Shown here: piece after piece, positions 19,701-27,385 of the stretch
Layout of the letters: each line of letters begins with the position of its first letter
How positions within the stretch are numbered: the stretch's first letter is position 1
IMG/VR virus record: IMGVR_UViG_3300017784_004825
Coordinates: 1-39,490 of that record
Reading direction: 5' to 3' (one strand)
Source: a virus
Taxonomy: Duplodnaviria; Caudoviricetes
DNA length: 39,490 bases
Program-made: the position numbers and the translations under genes
The notes under the pieces: generated by a model
Told to the model about the DNA's origin: nothing
Seen by the model: the letters and a program-made list of their open reading frames with translations, nothing else
Database searches by the model: none

Positions 19701-19807
19701 ATACTAGTTACTCCAGTTATAAAAAAACAAGAACTTAAATCCCAATCACATAAATATACCAAATATGGGCTACTACCACTTGTAACACCTGTAACGTCTA
19801 TTATCAT
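16751..19807 (-). CDS. Modular receptor-binding-like protein, paralog C: shared N-module + Cys modules + 2x SPRY-like + C-terminal DUF1566/Lcl domain
   Basis: 1018 aa. Two SPRY-like units (RIGFA...SDGTVYFNN...WTTGDLIDVA...WVRVNNGDWNN...DP and RVGFA...SGDVYYNN...DIIDIA...WFRLNCGDWNN...DP). The C-terminus GGGMIIYV...GAQNTINI...GYTDWYLPSGQEL...YWSSTE...VRCIRSF is DUF1566-like. Confidence 0.8.
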   Translation of the reverse strand: MIIDVTGVTSGSSPYLVYLCDWDLSSCFFITGVTSIPPTIQIDSNYYFPGLQLLKVKIFDNEGCFEIIEAPCIPTPQPTATPLPTPLPGCAPCIDVCTYWQINLGAGPCIFKLFDCDGNVVNLRVFGTAGTYYVESVLQPQPFNQNCGYTIIDLGPCPTPLPSPTQIPGCVEYDISNVGEDIVEFTFTPCCFTVPYPQSPLVLPGGENINICSETFPLFSDVGGVVVQINTCPCPTPLPNPTPIPTDLPPTATPPPTPTCSPCPTPLPTPLPPPENNCKSGCVPPNVDYTYTDCCGNFISGFTDNNRIDICYDSNYGTFNVNTSNNYCDISPNYCDPIESDCWSWDPDYIGSGIYLTDSNSFANTNLTTDILRNVVLGTVNVTNLTMFSVVISTNVCQTSATRIGFATHNIDFSSDPYGLGGFTTSVALRSDGTVYFNNILTYLNGPSNWTTGDLIDVAYCNSYFWVRVNNGDWNNQPSDDPSTNTGGYSFPAFFSGSSFYPAIQFGDCQYDDDGKVEITQQSILPENFKYICSCTLPCITWDYDYTSNTIDLRDNYLIAQHNYSTTVGLCDVGYTLTTQSQTYGDKNTYTIKLINDLGATSRVGFAKKITPKYANNYILGSDTNSFGLNTSGDVYYNNVIIATIPTMSWGIANDIIDIAFFQNRIWFRLNCGDWNNNSHADPDSGVGPIAISLNNDVYLAFQLDPIDKYTPSSVVLLSENDARNQCADTRIHSFEFVGTCTPPSCSCLYIRNYSAVTSDVSFYTCENECNINTYDTFTLDPGNSVPNSPPHGSTLINVGIVDGTMVNETSVTIIVFEPCGGSGAPGHIPCNNYPYPTPTPAPTQPPGPTSTPSPTPEYYVGRAYGGGMIIYVGPTGDHGLIISDTNQSSSTWGCTGTLIGNTTNGYFSGAQNTINIVSVCNENGAAKVCSNLSLSGYTDWYLPSGQELWKFTHLPIWSYNNPIYEVNINATAGDYWSSTEHSNNQARSKSWSNAGNNYPASVQNKSATINVRCIRSF

Positions 19808-19814
19808 ATTTATT
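19331..19814. repeat. Dispersed direct repeat copy C
   Basis: Shares both the first and second modules at high nucleotide identity with copy A, e.g. ttttgattaaatggttgcggttgcagaactgattcaacataata. Confidence 0.9.
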
Positions 19815-19827
19815 TATTATTACTTTA

Positions 19828-20034
19828 TTAACAATTGTAAATTGTAAAATACACACAACCAATATTATCAACCGCCTTAATGTATAAAACATTTGCTGTT
19901 TGAAATAATGGAGACAAAGTATATGTGCCGGTAGTATTACCTAAATATTGACAATTATCACCACTAACTGTGCAAACATAATACGAAACAGGAGTCTCTC
20001 CGCTTTGATTCGATATGGTTACTGTGTACGCCAT
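19828..20034 (-). CDS. Stand-alone 68-aa copy of the shared N-terminal module
   Basis: MAYTVTISNQSGETPVSYYVCTVSGDNCQYL...LYIKAVDNIGC has the same SG..P...Y.C....C.(Y/F) ... K..D..GC pattern. It is coupled to the upstream gene by a TAATG overlap. Confidence 0.7.
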   Translation of the reverse strand: MAYTVTISNQSGETPVSYYVCTVSGDNCQYLGNTTGTYTLSPLFQTANVLYIKAVDNIGCVYFTIYNC

Positions 20035-22400
20035 TATGTTCTACAATATATTTCGTAGTCAATCTCTAAACTTAAACTAAATGGAGCATCTGATAATGAT
20101 TCGTAACTTGGGTTATCACAGTAAGCGGTAATTTTTAACGTGTTAGCGAGTAAGTCAAGACTATAACTTTGAATATATGGGATTCCTAACAATAAACCTT
20201 CAATAGTACTTTGCCAAAGAGTGTCTTGTGGAACATCATTAATAGTCGTTGCCGTATAAAACGTTCCACTATAAGGAGTACCACTAATATTAATTACACA
20301 AGTAAAGGTTGCAGAACTAAACACACAATCTGTATGCACTGGATTTGATAATGTATTTCCGCTACCAATACCTATGGTTGCGTCGTAAAACCCTTCATTT
20401 AACATTTGTGAAAATCCACGTTTATTTTGACTAATAGTAGTAAAAGTAGTACTACAAAAATTATTGTTTGAGTATCCTGAAACAACAGTACCTAAACAAG
20501 TTATTGTTGCGTTTTGTATATTAATACATCCAACAGAATCAGTAATGGTAACACTATAAGTATTTGCGGTTAAACCAGTTGCCGTCATACCTGTTTGACT
20601 ATTAGACCATAAATAGGTAAAAGGGGGTTCACCATCATATATTACTACCTTTGCCGTACCATTAGACCCATTAGAAGAACAATTAGTTGTTGTTATTGAT
20701 GTTGATAATAAAGTGCCGTTAATAATTACAAATGGTTTAACAACCTGACAACCATCAGCATCATTTACAGTAACAGTGTAACTACCAGAAGCTAAATCCG
20801 TTATTGTATATGCAGACATAAAAGTATCCATACTAGCGTTACCATTACTTACGATATAGTCAATTGGGAACGTACATCCAGTAGAAACGGTAATTTCAAC
20901 TCCACCATTAGCTAACCCACAAGTCGATCCAGTTGTTGATATATTAACATTAAATTTATCAGAAGAATTTATAACAATTGGTGGATTTGACGTATATACG
21001 CAGTTTGTTCCAGATCCATTAATTGTTAATATGTACGTATCGTTAGGTAAAGCTGTAAATGTATGTAAAAAATTAGTTGTATTATATTGATAACTTGTAT
21101 TGGTATTTTGTCCGACTAAAGTATAGGTATATGTTTGGGCTAATCCCTCTAAACTAACAAAAACACTACCATTATTTTGGTCACAGTTTGAATTTGTAAC
21201 AACAACCGCAACATCCCAAAATCCATTTGGTACACTAATAAATCCACCAAATATAGAGGTACATTGACTAGCATCTGTAACTGAAACCGATATATTACCT
21301 GAACTTAAACCCGTAATTGTAAATGTGTTTGATAATGTATAACCTTGTTGAGCGGTGGTTGCAGAATAATATAATGGTGAAGATCCACCACTAATAGTAT
21401 AAGTTAAGGATCCGTCAGAGTTAAAACACGTCGGTTGGCTAGCAACTAACAATGAGACACCTAAAGGTGAATTTTCAGTAATAGTTTCAGTTTTAGACAA
21501 AAAACAACCATTATAATTGTCCGTAACAACACAGGAGTAGACGCCAGCGGTTAATCCTGTAATTGATTGAGTGGTTTGACCATTACTCCACAAATACGTA
21601 TATGGTCCAACACCAGTTATTCCCGTAACCGCCAATTTTCCTGAAGTGGTATTACACGTCGATGTGTTAACTTTCCAAAGTCCAAAAGTTAAAGGAGTTG
21701 TTGGAGAAATTAAAACACTTTCAGTTTTTGCGGTTACACCTCCAGAGTCTGTAAGGCTAGCGTAATACGTACCTCCAGATAGACTTCCATATGTGTAAGG
21801 CATTACGTTTGTGACTGTAGCGGCTATTAACGTAGTATTATCATAAAATAATATTGAGTATGGTGGGTTATTTGTTGATGTAGATATAGTTAATGAACCA
21901 TTACTAAATCCACAAGTGGTTGGTATTACATCACCAATATTTGCAACATAACATCCAGTAATTGCAACATTTATAAAAACTTGACTATTTTGGTTTGTTA
22001 ACGTATCATTAAGAACAAATACGTGGGTACCACCAGTTAATCCTGTAAAGGTTATAGATTCGTTTACATTTGTTGTTGTCCCACTGTTAGGTACTAATAA
22101 TCCATATAAAACATGTGAAATGGTATATGGGCCAACACCACCACTCGGAGTAATTATAACTGTACCAGTATTATTATTACATATACCAGTAACAGAAAAT
22201 ACGTAATCTAATACATTTTCCCCACAGTCTGAGTCACAAGTACCAGGTTGACCAATACTTGCACTTGCTATTCCAATTGCGGAGTTTATATAATTAGCAT
22301 CTATACAAACTACTTCATTAAGTGACGATCCTTGGTTAAGGCCGCCACAACAATCCATATACGAATAGTAACCATTAGTTAATCCTGAAACACACGCCAT
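20034..22400 (-). CDS. Multi-SprB-repeat fibre/scaffold protein
   Basis: 788 aa with about seven tandem C...G.....GG..PY.Y.W...L..G.Y.V.V.D..GC modules, e.g. GEPPFTYLWSNSQTGMTATGLTANTYSVTITDSVGC and GSYTVTVNDADGC. Confidence 0.8.
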   Translation of the reverse strand: MACVSGLTNGYYSYMDCCGGLNQGSSLNEVVCIDANYINSAIGIASASIGQPGTCDSDCGENVLDYVFSVTGICNNNTGTVIITPSGGVGPYTISHVLYGLLVPNSGTTTNVNESITFTGLTGGTHVFVLNDTLTNQNSQVFINVAITGCYVANIGDVIPTTCGFSNGSLTISTSTNNPPYSILFYDNTTLIAATVTNVMPYTYGSLSGGTYYASLTDSGGVTAKTESVLISPTTPLTFGLWKVNTSTCNTTSGKLAVTGITGVGPYTYLWSNGQTTQSITGLTAGVYSCVVTDNYNGCFLSKTETITENSPLGVSLLVASQPTCFNSDGSLTYTISGGSSPLYYSATTAQQGYTLSNTFTITGLSSGNISVSVTDASQCTSIFGGFISVPNGFWDVAVVVTNSNCDQNNGSVFVSLEGLAQTYTYTLVGQNTNTSYQYNTTNFLHTFTALPNDTYILTINGSGTNCVYTSNPPIVINSSDKFNVNISTTGSTCGLANGGVEITVSTGCTFPIDYIVSNGNASMDTFMSAYTITDLASGSYTVTVNDADGCQVVKPFVIINGTLLSTSITTTNCSSNGSNGTAKVVIYDGEPPFTYLWSNSQTGMTATGLTANTYSVTITDSVGCINIQNATITCLGTVVSGYSNNNFCSTTFTTISQNKRGFSQMLNEGFYDATIGIGSGNTLSNPVHTDCVFSSATFTCVINISGTPYSGTFYTATTINDVPQDTLWQSTIEGLLLGIPYIQSYSLDLLANTLKITAYCDNPSYESLSDAPFSLSLEIDYEIYCRT

Positions 22401-25354
22401 TAATTACAAGTTATATTTATGTTTATTCCAATATTTAAGTATAATATTTTATTTGTAAAGTCATCATAACAAGTAGAATTACTAATAATTAATGACCCAC
22501 CATCCCAATAATAATTTAAACCTTTTGTATATAGCATTGATAATTTATCGGTAATACCATTAATAATGGTTGTTTGGTCAGGTACATCGTTATTACCATA
22601 ACCAATATAAAACGGCTCTAAAACCAATTGTTGGGTATCTAATCTACAATCAACATACCATGTACTAACAATACTATTTAGAACACAATCATTTTCAGTA
22701 TAACCACTACTATCTAAAATGTTTGAGATAGTATTACTTAACATACCTAAAGCTTCGTTACCACAAAAATTAGAAACAACACTACAACTTAGTGTTTGAT
22801 CTATACAGTCATATAAAAATGGTATACCAAGATATCGACAAGGTACACACTCAATAGGTATAAATGAACAACCTCTTTGTCTTCTCCATACAAATTTATG
22901 CCTATGAAAAATACTATTTTCCATTTTTTGACCAGTTAACCATAATGATGTTCCAGGAACTACTTGCTCTAACAATCTCTGCCAATAATCACCAATACCC
23001 AAGGTATAATCTATCATTTTTTGATATGTAAAATTATTAGATGGAATACCTACCGTTTGTTTTGATTCAAGGTATCTCCAAAAAACAGATTGGAGTGTTG
23101 GGTATCCTCCGGTTTTACCATCAAATATTGTTTGTCTGTTTCTAACATTTATAAAATTATTATAAAAATTTTGAGCAAATTCAAAAAATGTCTTTTCTTT
23201 AGGTTTAGGATTTATAATAGTCCAATCAATATTTCCAGGATATGGGTATGGAGCAGTTAAACCGCTATTTGGTATTGGGTAATTATACTTAACTGACATA
23301 TCCCAAATATCATAAGTGATTCCTTGTCCGACATTGATGTATACCTCTAAATTTTTAGAATTTATAACTAATTTTTCATCATTAACTTTGTAGTTTACTC
23401 CATTAAATTTTTTACTGTCCGATCTACTACCAACATCATCGACAGCCCAAGATTTTTTATTATCATAAACTTTTCTTAAGGTATACCCAACATTTGTCAT
23501 ACTACTAAACTTACGGTATTTGTCCATATACTCTTTACCAAAATTAAAGTTTTTTAATTTTGTAATTAAAAAAGGATTTGATGGGTCAAATGATGTATTT
23601 TTTGAGTCAACCTCAGCTGGAGACCTATGACTTGAACTAGTTTCAAACCAACCAGCCCCTTTTTGAAAAAAATTAGATTCAGTATGGTTTGGACTTTTAG
23701 GATAACCGTTATCGTCCATTCCGTAGTCAGTCAAAGTAGTGTCAACACTATTTAGGTACCCTGAATTGGTGTAAGCGGTATATTGAACACCCTTAAGTTT
23801 ATACGTATTTGATTGGTCAAATACTGGTGATTCAATATATTGAGTTCCTCCAGATATTTCAGAATATTGTTGATTAAAATCATCTATACTAATTTTGCTG
23901 TCAGCGACGTATATAACTTCGTTCATCTCTAACAAAGCATCAGGAGCACCTATAAAACGCATAACATATTCTAAAGATTTTCTAGTACCTTTAGTTCTAA
24001 ACATATACGCAGAATTTAATATTAGATTTTTATAATATTGGTAATTTAATTCCGTTGGGGTATTAGGGGTTTTTTGTCCTGAATATATCTGAGTACTATC
24101 AGCATTAAAAATAGATTTTAAAAAGTCATCATTAGATATTGGTGATATGTTTGAGTCCATCCCCAAAGTTTTTGATAAATTACTTAAAAGTTGTGATGGT
24201 ATGTCGTTTCCTGTTTTATAGTTTACAGAATTTATATTAGCTAAAGCATCTATAAATTTCTTTACTTCATCAAAACTTCTTCCATAAATTTGTAATATTT
24301 TTTCAATTTTTTGGTCTGACGTGTCAAAATCTTTAAAAGAACCTGTAATTAAAAAACGACTAATTAAGTTAGTTTTATATTCATCTAATTTCTCTGATAT
24401 TTCTTGTAAAACTTCTAAATATTTTGTAAATTTAGATCCCTCAATACTTAGATTCCAATAAGCATTTATTGGCCATGTTACGTATTTAGTATAAAGAGTA
24501 TACTTACCGGAATCATCATAGTCAGGGTAAACAAACTTAGCGGTATACTTTATTGCCGCATTTCTATTTAATAAAAAATCTTCAATTTCATCAAAATCAT
24601 CATTAAAGATTTGATCAGTAACTTCATTATTAGGTTTAATAACTAAACTCTTAGTTGATGATGTTAATCCTTCAAATGGGTCACCTACAACCGTCAATGT
24701 AACCGTACCACCAGACATACTAATGGTAGGAATAAAATCATTAATTTTATATTCAACCTTTAAGTCTGAAAAATATAAAGCGTATTTTTCAAACGTATTT
24801 GTTAAATTTCTATATTCACTAATTTGTTGAGGTCTTAATTCTAAATTTCTATTAGAGTTTTGTGAAAAATCAATATCAAATGGATTTCTAAATAACGATG
24901 AATTCATTTGAAAAGTTGTTTCATCATTTATAGGGTCATATGAAATATTTGATGCGGTATCACCATAAAATAAACCACTAGATTGTCTACTTATAACTTC
25001 AATAGCCGCTGGAAAATAATTTATAATTTTTAAAGCCGAGCTTGATAATCTTTTTTGTAGTGAACCATATAAACAAAAACTAGTAACTTCAGATATATCA
25101 AAATTAGGATAAACTTTAAAGTTTTTTTGAATTAGTTTTTTGGCTTGTTCAATGTCATCTATTTTTAAATTTTCTAAAGTATACGGGATTGAAAAAATAC
25201 CAGTATCAAAACTTCTATTGGCTTTTTCATAAATTGCCGAAGTAAATTCAAAATTTCCTTGCGTAAGACCTCCGCCATCAACAGTTTGAAGTCCAACGAT
25301 ATTATTAGAAAAAGTATCAAACCCTTTAGGTGGAAAAAATATTTTATTTGCCAT
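22400..25354 (-). CDS. Baseplate wedge protein, P2 gpI / T4 gp7-like, with long extensions
   Basis: 984 aa. IPSQLLSNLSKTLG and AYMFRTKGTRKSLEYVMRFIG match the 'L..LA...G ... KGT...I...L...G' core of gpI/gp7-type wedge proteins. It lies downstream of the gp25 and gp6 homologs. Confidence 0.6.
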   Translation of the reverse strand: MANKIFFPPKGFDTFSNNIVGLQTVDGGGLTQGNFEFTSAIYEKANRSFDTGIFSIPYTLENLKIDDIEQAKKLIQKNFKVYPNFDISEVTSFCLYGSLQKRLSSSALKIINYFPAAIEVISRQSSGLFYGDTASNISYDPINDETTFQMNSSLFRNPFDIDFSQNSNRNLELRPQQISEYRNLTNTFEKYALYFSDLKVEYKINDFIPTISMSGGTVTLTVVGDPFEGLTSSTKSLVIKPNNEVTDQIFNDDFDEIEDFLLNRNAAIKYTAKFVYPDYDDSGKYTLYTKYVTWPINAYWNLSIEGSKFTKYLEVLQEISEKLDEYKTNLISRFLITGSFKDFDTSDQKIEKILQIYGRSFDEVKKFIDALANINSVNYKTGNDIPSQLLSNLSKTLGMDSNISPISNDDFLKSIFNADSTQIYSGQKTPNTPTELNYQYYKNLILNSAYMFRTKGTRKSLEYVMRFIGAPDALLEMNEVIYVADSKISIDDFNQQYSEISGGTQYIESPVFDQSNTYKLKGVQYTAYTNSGYLNSVDTTLTDYGMDDNGYPKSPNHTESNFFQKGAGWFETSSSHRSPAEVDSKNTSFDPSNPFLITKLKNFNFGKEYMDKYRKFSSMTNVGYTLRKVYDNKKSWAVDDVGSRSDSKKFNGVNYKVNDEKLVINSKNLEVYINVGQGITYDIWDMSVKYNYPIPNSGLTAPYPYPGNIDWTIINPKPKEKTFFEFAQNFYNNFINVRNRQTIFDGKTGGYPTLQSVFWRYLESKQTVGIPSNNFTYQKMIDYTLGIGDYWQRLLEQVVPGTSLWLTGQKMENSIFHRHKFVWRRQRGCSFIPIECVPCRYLGIPFLYDCIDQTLSCSVVSNFCGNEALGMLSNTISNILDSSGYTENDCVLNSIVSTWYVDCRLDTQQLVLEPFYIGYGNNDVPDQTTIINGITDKLSMLYTKGLNYYWDGGSLIISNSTCYDDFTNKILYLNIGININITCN

Positions 25355-26262
25355 TAAGTAATAATATTTATAAAGTTTTTACTAAAATCAATGTTATTTC
25401 CCCTATCTTGTCTAACCTCATACAATAAATTATTAAAATTATCTCTAACTTCAAATAAATTATATTGTTTATATATGTTACCACCAGTATCGTAAACAGT
25501 ATATACTCCGTCTTCAATACTTTTGGTTTGATTACCATAAAGAGCTATTGCTATTGTATCTAAATCGTGATCAGCCATTTGAATATCAATTGTTATTGGA
25601 TTAAAAAAAGTATTACAAATTATGATACTTTGATTTGGTTGTCCAATATATGGGGTTGCATTTGGTTTATTTGTTGGTGACGATGATGGGGATAACGTAC
25701 AAAATATTAAATCACTACCACCATCTACGTATCGATATCTAACACTTTTTTGTGACGCATTAGTCTGATCACCAATAATTGGTTCACAAAAAAAAGAAGA
25801 AGTGATTATTCTATAAAAATTAGGAATTTTTGTACCGTCTTGGTTTAAATATTCAACTCTAAACCCAACTAGTCCTTGATTTGTAAATTTGTTTTTATAT
25901 ATGGACGGGACTTGGTTTATATCAATCACTATACCCTTAACATTAGGTAATGCTGATAATATTCCACAATCAGAGATTTTTGTTCTAATTTCTGCTGGTC
26001 GTAAATATAAAGTATAGATTCCTTTTTTATTAAATTCAGAAGAGGGTAATTTTAAACTATAAAGACCACCTAATATTTCTATATTAGCATTACCACCAGT
26101 ATTAGAATTATGAAAATAAGGAGTTAATATGCTACTAGCATTTAATTTTTTTAATAAATAATTGTTTGTTACGTCTCTTGATGATGTATAATGTAATATT
26201 ATATCAACATCGTTTGGTGAGACATCTGCGGGTCTTACAGTACCATATGTTCCAAGTGCCAT
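25354..26262 (-). CDS. Hypothetical phage structural protein
   Basis: 302-aa ORF in the baseplate operon, preceded by TATTTATA and coupled to the next gene by TAATG. Confidence 0.6.
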   Translation of the reverse strand: MALGTYGTVRPADVSPNDVDIILHYTSSRDVTNNYLLKKLNASSILTPYFHNSNTGGNANIEILGGLYSLKLPSSEFNKKGIYTLYLRPAEIRTKISDCGILSALPNVKGIVIDINQVPSIYKNKFTNQGLVGFRVEYLNQDGTKIPNFYRIITSSFFCEPIIGDQTNASQKSVRYRYVDGGSDLIFCTLSPSSSPTNKPNATPYIGQPNQSIIICNTFFNPITIDIQMADHDLDTIAIALYGNQTKSIEDGVYTVYDTGGNIYKQYNLFEVRDNFNNLLYEVRQDRGNNIDFSKNFINIIT

Positions 26263-26271
26263 TTTTTATTT

Positions 26272-26279
26272 TATAAATA
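26272..26279 (-). promoter_or_regulatory. Putative late-promoter motif TATTTATA
   Basis: Intergenic, 9 nt upstream of the ATG at 26262. Confidence 0.5.
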
Positions 26280-26293
26280 GTTTATATTTTTTT

Positions 26294-27385
26294 TTATATT
26301 GTGTTAATTTTATAATATCCATAACCATATCTTACTAAATCACCACTATTATCGACTTCACCAAGTCTTTGTATAGATTCAAAAGGCGAATATTTACCTC
26401 TTTCGACATAAACGTTACTTTGTATTTCTGGTGTCATAACAAAATCTAATAGTTGCTCATTTTTAGTCATTGGTAAAGAAACGATATCGTTATGGGTTAA
26501 TCCACTACTACCAATAACATATAATGTTTTTCCATTTGTTAAATCATAGTAATCAATACCTTCTATAGTGTAAGACGTGTACTCAGGACATGTTGAATTT
26601 ATTTTACCGTAGAATTCGTTATTTTTAGTGAATACATAACCAACCGTATATTTTTCACTACCCCATCTTCTAAGATCATTTATTTTTGATTTAGTATACC
26701 CAGAAATATTAAATGGCGTACTTGTCCATCCGCTAGTCGATTGATAAGCAACACTATTATTAGAATCTAAATCATAAATATAATTATAATTTATAGGGGT
26801 ATTAACCCAATTACCTTGTTGTGGTGTAAATGTTATGTTACCATTTATATTAGGGGTTACAGATAAAGTTAATGGTACTGTTATTGGTTTTTCAATTACC
26901 GTAAGCCCCCAAGGGTTTGATCCGGATAGTGAAATAACATAAGACCCATTACCAAGATATTCGTGTGATATTGTTTTTGATGTTAGTTGTTCCGGTATTG
27001 TGTTGTCACCCCAATTAACATAAAAATCGGTAAAATCCAAATAACTATCAGTAAAATCCCCAGAGGTATTGTATAAAGTAATATAATTTAAATTAAACTG
27101 ATTTGTTCCGGAATATAAAAAATTAGTAATAATATCTTTTTGACATAAAAGCCCGTCAAACTCAGAATAAATACCGACATCGTTATACGTCTCAGTAAAT
27201 AAAATAGGAATTGTTATATCAGTTAATAATGAATTTCCATTAGTCCCTCCACTAATCATTTCAGAAATACCAGAATATACAAATAAAGTTTTGCTAACAT
27301 CATCATATGGTTCATATAAAAAACCGGATAACGTTAAATTTAAAGTTTCTGGGGAAAGTACTACACTTATTTTTTGTGACTTCAT
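26294..27385 (-). CDS. Hypothetical structural protein with PKD-like domain
   Basis: 363 aa; VNWGDN...ISHEYLGNGSYVISLSGSNPWG is a PKD-like signature. Confidence 0.6.
   Translation of the reverse strand: MKSQKISVVLSPETLNLTLSGFLYEPYDDVSKTLFVYSGISEMISGGTNGNSLLTDITIPILFTETYNDVGIYSEFDGLLCQKDIITNFLYSGTNQFNLNYITLYNTSGDFTDSYLDFTDFYVNWGDNTIPEQLTSKTISHEYLGNGSYVISLSGSNPWGLTVIEKPITVPLTLSVTPNINGNITFTPQQGNWVNTPINYNYIYDLDSNNSVAYQSTSGWTSTPFNISGYTKSKINDLRRWGSEKYTVGYVFTKNNEFYGKINSTCPEYTSYTIEGIDYYDLTNGKTLYVIGSSGLTHNDIVSLPMTKNEQLLDFVMTPEIQSNVYVERGKYSPFESIQRLGEVDNSGDLVRYGYGYYKINTI

Noticed and set aside
15301-19814. Repeats as CRISPR array or invertible shufflon
   Set aside because: They are long, in-frame, direct, coding paralog segments, with no short repeat-spacer periodicity, no inverted orientation and no recombinase nearby.
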